A DNA stretch of 64,000 nt from an uncultured delta proteobacterium. Lineage in GTDB: Bacteria > Desulfobacterota > Binatia > UBA9968. The notes below the pieces were generated by a model, which was not told where the DNA came from, made no database searches, and saw only the letters and a list, made by a program, of their open reading frames with translations. The position numbers and the translations under genes were made by a program. Shown piece after piece: positions 19,864 through 30,134 of this stretch (position 1 is its first letter; every line of letters starts with the position of its first letter). The DNA lies in NCBI GenBank assembly GCA_963840855.1, contig CAWJBB010000003.1, forward strand, positions 43,991-107,990, read 5' to 3'.

Positions 19864-21185
19864 AGCGCCTTTTCTTTACTCGGAATCAGAGTCCCCACAG
19901 TTCGGCGGTCGCGGTCCAGGTATTGCCTCGCCACGCGGCGGATATCTTCGCGGGTAACACTGCGAATGCCATCGAGATAACTGTTCATGCGCTCCCAGCC
20001 GCCGGTGGCTTCATAGTAGCCAACCTTCATCGCCTGCCCGAAGATAGAATCCTGCGCGAAAATAAAGCTGGCTTCGATTTGATTCTTGGCCTTTTCCAGT
20101 TCTCGTTCGGTAATCAAATCCGCTTTCACCTTGTCCAGCAGTCTGTCGATCTCGCGCTCGACTTCCGCCGGCTCCTTGTCCGGCATCAGCTGGGCGCTGA
20201 TGCTCAAGCCCGAAGGATCGATGGACACGCTGCTATAGTCAGCATCGACGCCGCGGGTGAGACGTTTCTGATAAACCAGGTCGTGGTAAAGCCGCGAGCT
20301 GCGCCCACCGGCGAGCACCACGGTCAAAACATCGAGGGCGAAGTTGTCGGGGTCATTCAGATTAGGCGCGTGGTAGAACATGAGCAGGAAGGGCAACTCC
20401 GCTTCTTTCTTCAAGATAACCCGCCGCTCCCCTTTCTGCGCCGGTTCCTGGACGCGCACTTTGGGCGGCTCGGGGCCGCGCGGAATCTTACCGTAGGCAG
20501 CCTTGATCTTCGGCAGAATTTCTTCCGTAGAAAAATCTCCGGTCACGACGATGAAAGCGTTGTTGGGCGAGTAATAGGTCCGATAGTAGTCCAGCAGGTC
20601 TTGGCGCGTCAGATTTTGGATATCCTCCATCCAGCCGATCACCGGGCGGCGATAAGGATGCACAGTGTAGGCCACCGCATTGGCGACTTCGGCCAGCGCC
20701 GAAACCGGATCATCCTCGGTGCGCAGGCGCCGCTCTTCTTGAATCACGTTCTTTTCCGGCTCGAAATAGGTCTCGGCGAGAAGCGCCTGGGTCATGCGCT
20801 CCGCTTCCAATTCTAACTGGATAGCGATTTTGTCGCGGCTCATGGTCGCGAAATAAACCGTCACATCCGTAGTCGTAAACGCGTTGGAGCGGCCGCCGTT
20901 CTTGGCGATAATGCGCGAATATTCTTCCGGCTTGGTCTTCGGCGTGCCTTTGAACAGCATGTGCTCCAAAAAATGAGCCAGGCCGCTCTTGCCGTCTTTC
21001 TCGTTACGCGAGCCGACCCGGTACCAGACCTGGAAAGTCACCGCGGGGCTTTTGTGGTCTTCGAGCAGCAGGACTTTTAAGCCGTTGTCGAGCACGAATT
21101 CGCGCACGTCGGTTGCATGACCCGGTGCGGCACCAAACGTTAGCGAGAGCAAGACAGAAATCGATGTGAGAAAGAATCGGCGCAT
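19860..21185 (-). CDS. M16 family zinc peptidase, catalytic subunit
   Basis: GLAHFLEHMLFKGT (HXXEH), NAFTT, HPYRRPVIGW; signal peptide. Confidence 0.93.
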   Translation of the reverse strand: MRRFFLTSISVLLSLTFGAAPGHATDVREFVLDNGLKVLLLEDHKSPAVTFQVWYRVGSRNEKDGKSGLAHFLEHMLFKGTPKTKPEEYSRIIAKNGGRSNAFTTTDVTVYFATMSRDKIAIQLELEAERMTQALLAETYFEPEKNVIQEERRLRTEDDPVSALAEVANAVAYTVHPYRRPVIGWMEDIQNLTRQDLLDYYRTYYSPNNAFIVVTGDFSTEEILPKIKAAYGKIPRGPEPPKVRVQEPAQKGERRVILKKEAELPFLLMFYHAPNLNDPDNFALDVLTVVLAGGRSSRLYHDLVYQKRLTRGVDADYSSVSIDPSGLSISAQLMPDKEPAEVEREIDRLLDKVKADLITERELEKAKNQIEASFIFAQDSIFGQAMKVGYYEATGGWERMNSYLDGIRSVTREDIRRVARQYLDRDRRTVGTLIPSKEKAL

Positions 21186-21192
21186 GATCAAT

Positions 21193-21390
21193 TTAAGGTA
21201 AAGCAAGCGGCAGCAAAGTCAAGGGAAGTTCGGGTACCACTCGCACTGTATGGCAGAAGGGAAAGCCGACAATCGAGGATGGACGATTGAGCACCACCGC
21301 CATTGTAATATTGCTCACGCCCGACGCGAAAAAACCGGCGAGCATGCACACCGCGACGATGCGCCAACCGTAGAAGAAGGAAAATCTCAC
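21193..21390 (-). pseudogene. N-terminal fragment of an MFS transporter
   Basis: MRFSFFYGWRIVAVCMLAGFFASGVSNITMAVVL is a typical MFS first helix; similarity then stops abruptly. Confidence 0.55.
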
Positions 21391-21498
21391 GTTTCGGTCA
21401 TGGCATGAATCGATAGGCTAATCCACCGCCTGGCGCGCGGGGGTTATGTTGACACCTCCGACCCATCCCAATAGTATGACATCTGGAATAAGGAGGAG

Positions 21499-22937
21499 AT
21501 GATGCCAGACGTAACAGACATGCGTGGATATGTGGAGCTTCTTGAGGAAATGGGCGAGCTGCGCAAGCTCGACGGCGCGGATCTGAATCTCGAAGTAGGC
21601 GCGCTGACGGAGCGCGCGGCAGAAAAACAAGGTGCCGGCGTTGCTCTTCGATAATTTCAAAAATTATCCCGCGGGCTTTCGCGTGATTTCCAACGTATTC
21701 CGCACCTGCAAGCGCACCGGGCCGGCGATGGGCATCGACCCTGAGCTTGACGGTGTCGCCTATCTCCATGCCTGGCGCAAAAAACTCGCCGCTTACAAAC
21801 CCGTACCGGTGCAGCAAGTCGAAGGCGGCCCGGTATTTGAGAACCAAATGGCGGGTGACCAGGTCGATCTTTATAAGTTCCCCGTGCCCAAGTGGCATGA
21901 TCTCGATGGCGGACCCTACATTGGCACCGGCTGCGGCGTCATCACCAAAGATCCTGAAACCGGCAAGATCAACGTCGGCACTTACCGTGTCATGGTCCAG
22001 AACAAGAACACCTTGTCGGTAAAAATGAACATGGGGAAACATGGCAGAATGGCATTTGAACGCGCCCGCGACGCCAGCAAGCCTTTGCCCATCGCGATCA
22101 CGCTGTGCCAGGGGCCGGCGGTGTTTCTCGCCGCGCAAATGCCGCTGCCTCCGGATGTTAACGAGCTTGAATTTGCCGGCTATCTGCAAGGCTCGCCGGT
22201 GCCCGTTGTCCGCGGCGCCGTGACCGGTCTGCCGATTCCGGCCAATGCCGAAATCGTCATCGAAGGCGAAATGCCGCCGATGAAAGACGAAGACATGCCC
22301 AAGGAAGGTCCCTTTGGCGAATGGCCGGGATATTTCACCGACGAGAACGTCGGCGAGACGCCGATCATGAACGTAAAACGCATCTACTATCGCAACGATC
22401 CGATCCTACTCGGCGCCCCGCCGCTGAAGCCGCCTGCGAGTTATCTGCCGATTCCACTCGGCGCCGCGACGCTCTGGGAGCAATTGGAGAAAGCGGGGAT
22501 TCCCGAAGTTAAGGGTGTGTGGGGTTTTGTCTACGGCGGACAGCCTGGCCCCTTCACCATCATCGCCATCAAGCAACGTTACGCCGGTCATTCGAAACAG
22601 GCTCTGTTGGTCGCCGCGGGCGCCCGCGCCGGAGCCTATGGCGGAAAGTTTGTCGTGGTGGTGGACGATGACATCGATATCGCCAATCCCGCCGACGTGA
22701 TTTGGGCGATTGCCACCCGCTGCCATGTGCGCGAAGGGCTCGACGTCGTGAAGGGTGTGTGGGCGTCGGTGTGCGAACCGGCGCTGCCGCCGGAGGAACG
22801 CTCGCCGCGGGGCTATACCTCGGACCGCGTACTGATCGACGCTTGCCGGCCGTATAAATGGATGGACCAGTTCCCTGCCGGTAAACGCCTTCACTAAGGA
22901 ATTCAAAGACAAGATTGAAGGAAAGTGGAAAATCTAG
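21499..22937 (+). CDS. UbiD-family (prFMN-dependent) decarboxylase; frameshifts near 21630 and 22880
   Basis: AGGAGG RBS; MPDVTDMRGYVELLEEMGEL in an upstream frame; DGGPYI, NVGTYR, EGPFGEWPGY, VVVVDDDID; C-terminus VNAFTKEFKDKIEGKWKI* in a shifted frame. Confidence 0.9.
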
Positions 22938-23041
22938 CGGCTCCTTCGAAGGTAAGCTTTTTGTAATGAACTAGCCGTTCAGCCGTCAAAAACAGATTAG
23001 ATGTAAATCCCCAGCCCGGTTGTAAACAGGAGGCTTAAAAA

Positions 23042-23680
23042 ATGGGCACTATCGAAGCATTGAGCCTCGCCATGGGAACCGCCTGGACTTCCGGCATCAA
23101 CCTCTATGCCACCGTAGCGGCGCTGGGCATCGCGGGCCGGTCGGAAATGATTCACCTGCCGCCGGAATTGCAGGTGCTCACCCACCCCGCCGTTATTGCC
23201 ATCGCCTGCATTATGTACGTTATCGAGTTTTTCGCCGACAAAGTGCCTTACGTCGATAGCGGCTGGGACATTTTGCATACTTTCATCCGTGTGCCTGCGG
23301 GGGCGATCCTCGCCGCGAAATCTCTGGGCGACATGAATCCTGCTCTGGAGCTTGCGGCGCTGCTCGCCGGCGGCACGGTGGCGCTGGCGGCTCACGGCAC
23401 GAAAGCCACCGTACGCCTGGCAATCAATACGAGTCCTGAGCCCTTCAGCAACTGGGCGGCCAGCTTCGCCGAGGATGTGACGGTCTTGGGCAGCATCTGG
23501 ATGGTCTTCAACCATCCGATACTGATGTTAATTCTCGTCGTAAGCTTTATGGCCCTCGTGGTATGGTTAGTGCCAAAACTATTTCGCCTCGCCAAGCGGG
23601 GCTTTCAGGTACTACGCGACCGGTTGCGCGGGGTAAAGCCGGACCATCCCGCGCCAACGGGCTCGCCGCAAATCGGTTGA
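23042..23680 (+). CDS. DUF4126 family membrane protein
   Basis: AWTSGINLYA, EFFADKVPYVDSGWD, SPEPFSNW. Confidence 0.88.
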   Translation: MGTIEALSLAMGTAWTSGINLYATVAALGIAGRSEMIHLPPELQVLTHPAVIAIACIMYVIEFFADKVPYVDSGWDILHTFIRVPAGAILAAKSLGDMNPALELAALLAGGTVALAAHGTKATVRLAINTSPEPFSNWAASFAEDVTVLGSIWMVFNHPILMLILVVSFMALVVWLVPKLFRLAKRGFQVLRDRLRGVKPDHPAPTGSPQIG

Positions 23681-23740
23681 CGGAAGCTCAATTCACGGCC
23701 CAAACAAGATAAGTGATTGCTGAATCATAACGACCGTCCT

Positions 23741-24601
23741 ATGGAAACAGCAAAGAATAAACAGCCGGCGGACGCCCTGCCCGCCACCCCACTCACCCTC
23801 GACGGCTCCTATATTTTGCATCAGATGTTCCGCTTGCGCTGGGCGGCATGGCGTTCGCTGGCGGCGTCGGACCAAAAAAGAATTCTTGACCGCGCCATGG
23901 CCAGGTTCGGCGATTGGGAACGGAACAAAGAGGAGCCGAGCGCGCTGTTTTCGCTATTGAGCCACAAGGGCGACCTGATGATCGTTCATTTTCGCCAAAC
24001 CCTCGACGATCTCAATCACGTCGAGCTCCAGCTGGCCCACTCCAGATTTAGCGAGTTTCTCGAACCGGTAACGTCTTATCTCTCAGTCGTTGAGCTAGGG
24101 CTCTACGAGGCGTCGGTCAAACTTTACAGCGAGTTGGTTGAAAAGGGCGTGCGCCCAGGCACCGCCGAGTGGAACCGCGAGGTGGAAGCGGAACTCGCCA
24201 GACAACGCCAAGCCGCGGCGCCGCGGCTCTGGCCGGAAATCCCCCAGCGCCGTTATCTGTGCTTTTATCCGATGAACAAATTCCGCGGCGAAATCAAGAA
24301 CTGGTATAGCGAGCCCATCGACCAGCGCCAACGCATGATGCGCGAGCATGGCATGATCGGCCGCCACTACGCCGGGCGGGTCACGCAGATCATTTCCGGT
24401 TCCATCGGTTTCGACGACTGGGAATGGGGCGTCGATCTTTTCGCCGACGATCCGCTGGTATTTAAAAAACTCGTCTACGAGATGCGCTTCGACGAAGCCA
24501 GCGCGGTGTATGGGCTGTTCGGGACTTTCTTCGTGGGGCTGCGCTTCCCGGCGAGCCACCTCGGCGCCCTCCTCGAAGGCAAAACACCGGCCTTTGCATA
24601 G
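23741..24601 (+). CDS. chdC: Coproheme decarboxylase ChdC/HemQ (chlorite dismutase-like family)
   Basis: SYLSVVEL, CFYPMNK, NWY, MMREHGMIGR, QIISGSIGFDDWEWGVDLF, KKLVYEMRFDEASA. Confidence 0.82.
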   Translation: METAKNKQPADALPATPLTLDGSYILHQMFRLRWAAWRSLAASDQKRILDRAMARFGDWERNKEEPSALFSLLSHKGDLMIVHFRQTLDDLNHVELQLAHSRFSEFLEPVTSYLSVVELGLYEASVKLYSELVEKGVRPGTAEWNREVEAELARQRQAAAPRLWPEIPQRRYLCFYPMNKFRGEIKNWYSEPIDQRQRMMREHGMIGRHYAGRVTQIISGSIGFDDWEWGVDLFADDPLVFKKLVYEMRFDEASAVYGLFGTFFVGLRFPASHLGALLEGKTPAFA

Positions 24602-24663
24602 CCGCTCGCGCGCTCAAAGACGAAACCCAGTTCCTCTGAAACGACCGATGCAGCGGAGGCTCC

Positions 24664-25425
24664 ATGAGACTCAAAGACAAAGTTGCCATTATCACCGGCG
24701 CGGCCCATGGTATCGGCAAAGCCTACGCGCGGCGTTTTGCCGAAGAGGGGGCGCATGTAGTGATCGCCGACATCGATGCGCAGGGCGGTGAAGCCACCGC
24801 TAAGGCCATCATCGATAGCGGTTTTTCAGCGTGGGCGCGCGGGACCGACGTGAGGGACTTCGCGAACCTGCAAAGTTTGATGCAGGAGACCGTGACAAGA
24901 TATGACCGTGTCGATGTCCTGCTCAACAATGCGGCGATTTACGTGACGCAAAAACTTTGGAAAGGTCCGGTGGAGGAATTGGCGATCGGCGAGTGGGACC
25001 GCGTTATTGAAGTCAATCTCAAGGGTGTCTTTCTCTGCTGCAAAGCGGCGATCCCGATCATGAAGCAACAGAAGAGCGGCAAGATAATCAATATCGCCTC
25101 GGGGACGTTTTTCAGCGGCTCAGGCGACATGCCGCATTATACGACGGCCAAGGGCGGGGTGGTGGCGCTCACTCGAGTGATGGCACGGCAACTCGGCGAA
25201 TGGGGCATTAACGTGAACTGCATGACGCCGGGCTCGACCATGAGCGAAGACATTGTCACGGCGGACGTGCTCGCGCGGCGCGAAGGCGGGATGGACAAGC
25301 GCGCGTTCAAACGCGTAGAAATTCCCGCAGATATCGTTGGCACCGCCCTCTTTCTGGCCAGCTCGGACAGTGATTTCGTCACCGGTCAATTGCTGGTGGT
25401 GGAGGGCGGCGGGATCATGCATTAG
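24664..25425 (+). CDS. SDR family oxidoreductase
   Basis: TGAAHGIG, NNAA, YTTAK. Confidence 0.93.
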   Translation: MRLKDKVAIITGAAHGIGKAYARRFAEEGAHVVIADIDAQGGEATAKAIIDSGFSAWARGTDVRDFANLQSLMQETVTRYDRVDVLLNNAAIYVTQKLWKGPVEELAIGEWDRVIEVNLKGVFLCCKAAIPIMKQQKSGKIINIASGTFFSGSGDMPHYTTAKGGVVALTRVMARQLGEWGINVNCMTPGSTMSEDIVTADVLARREGGMDKRAFKRVEIPADIVGTALFLASSDSDFVTGQLLVVEGGGIMH

Positions 25426-25493
25426 GGTTTCAGTTCAAGGTTCCGGAGGCAAACTTCGGACCTGAGACTCTAGACTTCCCTGAATCCCGAAGA

Positions 25494-25994
25494 TTACACA
25501 GCTTTATAAGGCAACCGTTTCATTTTCTGGGTATTCTTGCCCTCGATGCGGATCAGTCCCGTGGTGGCCGTCCGTTTCGGCGAGTGCACGTCGCCTTCGT
25601 TATAGATATGCGCCATGCCGGGCTTCAGTGAATAGACCCGCGCGCGACGAACTTTTCCCGGTTGCGCTTCTTTCGGCGCCTCGAGCACCTCCCAGTCGCT
25701 CATTTCGGTTTCGCCGATGGCCTGTCCGTAAATCGCCCACGAAGAACCATGATCATGGGGATTGGCCTCCTTGGCGCCGTGGCTCATATGGGCGCAGATA
25801 CAGAATCCCAGCTCTGGGTCCTCGTAGACCACCTGGCGGTCCGGCGTGCGCTCATTGAGATATTGGCCGGTAAACTTTTCATCCTTAAGCGCGTCCTCCA
25901 CCAGCAGACGCACTTTTTCGCGTCCGGCGGGACTGGGGTCTGCCTTCAGAAGACGTTGGCATTCCGCCGCAAAGGTTTCGATCGTGTATCCCAT
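25494..25994 (-). CDS. Cupin / cysteine-dioxygenase-like protein
   Basis: PHDHGSSWAIYG...VHSP three-His pattern. Confidence 0.7.
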   Translation of the reverse strand: MGYTIETFAAECQRLLKADPSPAGREKVRLLVEDALKDEKFTGQYLNERTPDRQVVYEDPELGFCICAHMSHGAKEANPHDHGSSWAIYGQAIGETEMSDWEVLEAPKEAQPGKVRRARVYSLKPGMAHIYNEGDVHSPKRTATTGLIRIEGKNTQKMKRLPYKAV

Positions 25995-26232
25995 TTGGTT
26001 CCCCTCTCTAAAATCAATCTGACGCCTGTTTATCAGGATCCCATGCTCCGCGTCAATTGTTGAGAGCGACAATACTGATTCGTCTTGCCTGGGAGCTTCG
26101 CGACGTCGAGAAATTCGATTGCTATTGCAGGGCGTGGCGGGAATCGACCCTTAGCGCCAATGAAGAAAAATTTCACATGCACGGAAAAGATCAACGGCAC
26201 CCGCACGCGGACCGGCCGTGGGCGGCGCTCAT

Positions 26233-26673
26233 CTACCGTCGCTTCTGGACCATTAGGACGCACATGTCGAAGATCGCCGACCCCGGCCGATCATCGACGA
26301 CATGTTCGCCTTCGCGCGTGACGTATTCCACTCGAAACAAGGAATCCTCAATCCTAACGTCGTTATTCGATATCCGAATCAAATTAGAACCATACTTGTC
26401 GAGAAAATCGCCGATAGCCCGTAACATCTGCGCTTGATGCAAAAATTCTTTTTCAGCCTCCTTACCGCGCTGGGATTCGCCCGAACGGTCGAGGAATTCA
26501 ATATCCGCCGGCGTATACCGAATAATTTCCGTCGTCCCGGCGGGAGGCTCCTGATAGCCGCAGAGCGCCATGAAGTGACTCCCTTCCGGCTTGATATCGA
26601 AAGTTTTTAGCCTACGCTGCACTAAGTCTTGCGCTATACAGCGCAGGGCAATGGAATAAATGACTTCCGCCAT
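26233..26673 (-). CDS. Hypothetical protein
   Basis: GGAGG RBS before ATG 26673; the sequence appears to repeat internally (LRCIAQDL / LRAIGDFL). Confidence 0.6.
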   Translation of the reverse strand: MAEVIYSIALRCIAQDLVQRRLKTFDIKPEGSHFMALCGYQEPPAGTTEIIRYTPADIEFLDRSGESQRGKEAEKEFLHQAQMLRAIGDFLDKYGSNLIRISNNDVRIEDSLFRVEYVTREGEHVVDDRPGSAIFDMCVLMVQKRR

Positions 26674-26861
26674 ATGCTTCCTCCGTCCAGGCTCGACCGG
26701 TTCCAAGGTGCGGTGATCAAAACTCCGGGAGCGACTCCGTTACATGATATCTCACCGCCGCCGAAGCTAAAATTCAGCGTTAGAGTAGTATCTATATCGG
26801 CGCGCCCAAAAGAATGTTCAGTTGACGGCTAGCAATGGCGGGATTCTCCTGGCAATTCACG

Positions 26862-27506
26862 CTATTTGGGAACAGCGGGGAGCGCGTCCATGACGCCGAT
26901 CATGCTGTCGCGGGTGACCAGTTTTTCCAGCTCCATCGCGCTTAAGTGCTCCGTCCCCTGCGGACGCAGGGGCAACACGAGATAGCGAATATCCGCGGTG
27001 CTATCATGCACGCGCACCTCGACGTCATCGGGCGGAACCAGGCCAAACTCGCGCATCACCCCGCGCGGATCGTTCACAGAGCGCTGGCGATAGTTGAAGC
27101 TTTTGTACCAATCGGGCGGTCGCCCGAGAATCGGACGGGGATAACAGGAGCACAGCGTGCAGACTACCATATGCCGCACCTTCTCGGTATTTTCCAAGAC
27201 GACGAACTCATTGATGCTTGTGGCATCGATTCCCAGCTCCAAGCAAGCCGCCTTGGGATCCGCGATAAGCCGCGCTTTGTAAGCCGGATCAATCCACGCT
27301 CGGGCGACGATTTTCGCGCCGTTAGCCGGCGAACGCGCTTCCTGGTATTCGATCTGACACCGGATATCGTGCTCGGTGAGCAGGCCCTTTTCGAGCAGCA
27401 ATTCGCGAATCGCGTAAACCCGTCGGGCGACAGCGCTTAACTCGTGCTTGGGGTGCTCGTGACCGTGCGCGTCATTAGATTGATCGACGGAATGATCTAC
27501 GCTCAT
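26862..27506 (-). CDS. Co-type nitrile hydratase alpha / thiocyanate hydrolase gamma-like subunit
   Basis: VCTLCSCYPRPILG metal-binding motif; His-rich N-terminus; VTRDSMIGV. Confidence 0.92.
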   Translation of the reverse strand: MSVDHSVDQSNDAHGHEHPKHELSAVARRVYAIRELLLEKGLLTEHDIRCQIEYQEARSPANGAKIVARAWIDPAYKARLIADPKAACLELGIDATSINEFVVLENTEKVRHMVVCTLCSCYPRPILGRPPDWYKSFNYRQRSVNDPRGVMREFGLVPPDDVEVRVHDSTADIRYLVLPLRPQGTEHLSAMELEKLVTRDSMIGVMDALPAVPK

Positions 27507-27519
27507 GGACCTATCCTCC

Positions 27520-27813
27520 TCAATTTGCGGGCTCCAACCAGTGTTCAAAAATGTCGACTAATAATTTGTCGCGCTTGACGTCGTACCGCTGCCAGACGTC
27601 ACCTTGCTGAAATGCCACCAAATAGAGGACCTTCTTTGGCAAGCCGTCGCCTCCATGTCCCAAGGACTCTGGATTCAGAAACTCGCCGTGGATGCGTTCG
27701 ACCCAACCGGTCTTGCCGCGGATATACCACGGCGTGCGTATATGGCCCGGCCTGTCTTCGAAACGAACCTGAACCCGATCGCCCGCCTTGAACTTAGCGC
27801 CGCTTGTACTCAT
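27520..27813 (-). CDS. Nitrile hydratase beta C-terminal (SH3-like) / thiocyanate hydrolase alpha-like subunit
   Basis: FKAGDRVQV, GHIRTPWYIRGKTG, LYLVAF, VDIFEHWLEPA. Confidence 0.88.
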   Translation of the reverse strand: MSTSGAKFKAGDRVQVRFEDRPGHIRTPWYIRGKTGWVERIHGEFLNPESLGHGGDGLPKKVLYLVAFQQGDVWQRYDVKRDKLLVDIFEHWLEPAN

Positions 27814-28121
27814 GGCTCGCCCCATTTTTTTTCAAACTCGGCGAGTTTGCGATCGATCTCATCTCGCGTCAAAATTTTCTTCTCGATTAGAATTGTCTCC
27901 ATGCTCGCTATCCATCGTTCGTAATAACTCATGTCATGATAGGCGCCGGACTCCATCTCCTCGCGCACGCGGCGCAACTCATCGGTGCGCCGGATCCCCT
28001 TGGCGCCCAATGCTTGATTGATCGCGTCGGCTAGTATTTCCCAATCGGAGAGTTCGTGCTGCGACTGGTCTATCGGACCCGCGCCCGGAAGTCCGCCGAT
28101 ATCATGATGACCTCGCGCCAT
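27810..28121 (-). CDS. Nitrile hydratase beta N-terminal / thiocyanate hydrolase beta-like subunit
   Basis: HDIGG, WE, DELRR..EEM, YHDMSYYERW, EKKILTRDEI; ATGA overlap with the next gene. Confidence 0.88.
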   Translation of the reverse strand: MARGHHDIGGLPGAGPIDQSQHELSDWEILADAINQALGAKGIRRTDELRRVREEMESGAYHDMSYYERWIASMETILIEKKILTRDEIDRKLAEFEKKWGEP

Positions 28122-28138
28122 GGGACACCTCCGGTATC

Positions 28139-29911
28139 TCAATCCTTGAGACGGTTGGCGAGGGAGCTGTGCTCCTCCTTCAAGCCCGCCGGCAAATGGT
28201 CGCCGAAGGTATCGAAGAAGCTGCTCTGGCTTTTGAGATTAGTTTTCCATGCCTCGCGGTCGACGGCGACCAGTTGATCGACATCGGACCTGGATACTTC
28301 GAGTCCTGGACCGCTCAAGCTCGAGGCTTTCGGTAAATAACCGATAGCCGTCTCGTCCGCTTGGCCGCCGCCCTTTGCGCGCTCGATGACCCAGCGAAGC
28401 ACGCGCAGGTTCTCGCCGAAACCGGGCCAGAGAAACCTGCCGCGCTCGTTGCGCTGGAACCAGTTGATGCGGAAGATTTTTGGCGGATTGGTCGCCCGCT
28501 TGCCCATCGATAGCCAATGGCCCCAGTAATCGCCCATGTTGTAGCCGCAGAAGGGCAGCATCGCCATGGGATCACGCCGCACCACCCCCACCGCGCCCGT
28601 AGCTGCCGCGGTGGTCTCGGACGCCAAAGTCGCCCCCAGAAACGTACCATGCTGCCAGTCGAAGGATTGGTAGACGAGCGGAATCAATTTTTGCCGCCGT
28701 GCGCCGAAAAGAATCGCGCTGATAGGGACGCCTTCGGGCTTTTCCCATTGCGGTGAAAAAGTCGGGGTCTGCTTGAGAGAAACCGTGAAGCGGGCGTTGG
28801 GGTGCGCCGCCGGATGGCCGCCTTCGGGGTCCCATGGTTTGCCGCGCCAATCCTGAGCGTTGGCAGGCACCGGGTCGTCGTGGCCTTCCCACCAGACGGT
28901 GCCATCGGAGCGTAGCGCGACGTTAGTGAAGATCGTGTCCTTTTTCACCGTCTGCACGGCGTTGGGGTTGGTGTTGGAGCCGGTTCCCGGCGCCACGCCG
29001 AAAATCCCCGCCTCCGGGTTGATCGCCCATAACCGGCCATCCGCACCGACGCGCAGCCACGAGATATCATCGCCAATGGTGTGAATCTTCCAGCCCGGCA
29101 TGCTCGCCGGCGGCACTAACATTGCCATATTGGTCTTGCCGCAGGCGCTCGGAAAAGCGCCGCAGATATACGTGATTTCGCCGTCCGGGCTTTCGACACC
29201 GACGATGAGCATATGCTCGGCGAGCCAACCTTCCTTCTGGCCGAGCTTGCTGGCGATGCGCAGGGCCAAACACTTTTTGGCCAGCAAAGCGTTGCCGCCG
29301 TAGCCTGAGCCCACGCTCCAGATCGTATTGTCCTGCGGATAATGGCAAATAAAGCGTCTTTCAATATCGAGATCGGCCTTCGAATGGAGACCGCGCGTAA
29401 AATCATCGGAATTCCCCAAGTGATCGAGGGCGACGTTGCCCATGCGCGTCATGATGCGCATGTTGAGCACGACATAGACGCTGTCGGTGACTTGAATGCC
29501 GACTTTACTGAAGGGCGAGCCATGAGGCCCCATGAGAAACGGGATCACATACATCGTGCGGCCGCGCATGGCGCCGCGAAAGATTTTGCCGAGCTTGTCG
29601 TAGGACTCCGCCGGCGCCATCCAATTATTATTGGGTCCGGCCTCGTCCTTGTCCTCGGTGCAGACGAAGGTAAGATTCTCCGTGCGCGCCACGTCGTTGA
29701 GCGCGCTGCGGTGCAGATAACAACCGGGCAGAGCTTGTTGGTTCAACGGTATCAGATCGCCGCACTCGACGGCGACCCGGGTAAGACGCTCCTTTTCTTC
29801 TTCGCTACCATCACACCAGAAAACATCGTCGGGCTGGCACAGCGCCGCCACTTCTTTGACCCACTGTTGAATCGAGGCGTTCGAAGGCGCCGTTCCCATC
29901 GCGTTACTCAT
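28139..29911 (-). CDS. pckG: Phosphoenolpyruvate carboxykinase (GTP)
   Basis: SGYGGNALL, WLAEHM, AFPSACGKTN, GDDI, RRDPMAMLPFCGYN, WPGFGEN. Confidence 0.97.
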   Translation of the reverse strand: MSNAMGTAPSNASIQQWVKEVAALCQPDDVFWCDGSEEEKERLTRVAVECGDLIPLNQQALPGCYLHRSALNDVARTENLTFVCTEDKDEAGPNNNWMAPAESYDKLGKIFRGAMRGRTMYVIPFLMGPHGSPFSKVGIQVTDSVYVVLNMRIMTRMGNVALDHLGNSDDFTRGLHSKADLDIERRFICHYPQDNTIWSVGSGYGGNALLAKKCLALRIASKLGQKEGWLAEHMLIVGVESPDGEITYICGAFPSACGKTNMAMLVPPASMPGWKIHTIGDDISWLRVGADGRLWAINPEAGIFGVAPGTGSNTNPNAVQTVKKDTIFTNVALRSDGTVWWEGHDDPVPANAQDWRGKPWDPEGGHPAAHPNARFTVSLKQTPTFSPQWEKPEGVPISAILFGARRQKLIPLVYQSFDWQHGTFLGATLASETTAAATGAVGVVRRDPMAMLPFCGYNMGDYWGHWLSMGKRATNPPKIFRINWFQRNERGRFLWPGFGENLRVLRWVIERAKGGGQADETAIGYLPKASSLSGPGLEVSRSDVDQLVAVDREAWKTNLKSQSSFFDTFGDHLPAGLKEEHSSLANRLKD

Positions 29912-30134
29912 GATTTGTCACCGTCTCCCATTCGCTTCAAGCATCAAAAAAACCAACCCTTCACTAGACGTATCGGTCTGCCAATGCCCGTGCCACGGCG
30001 ATGCCGCCGCGCTCTTAGCCGAGGCGCAACATGGGCGCCGCGGGTGAATTTCAAAATTAACTGAATTGCTACGGCCATGTCAATAAAGCGACCGTTCGGG
30101 TTGTGGTTCAGTTTGATTTCAACGCCGCATCGAT

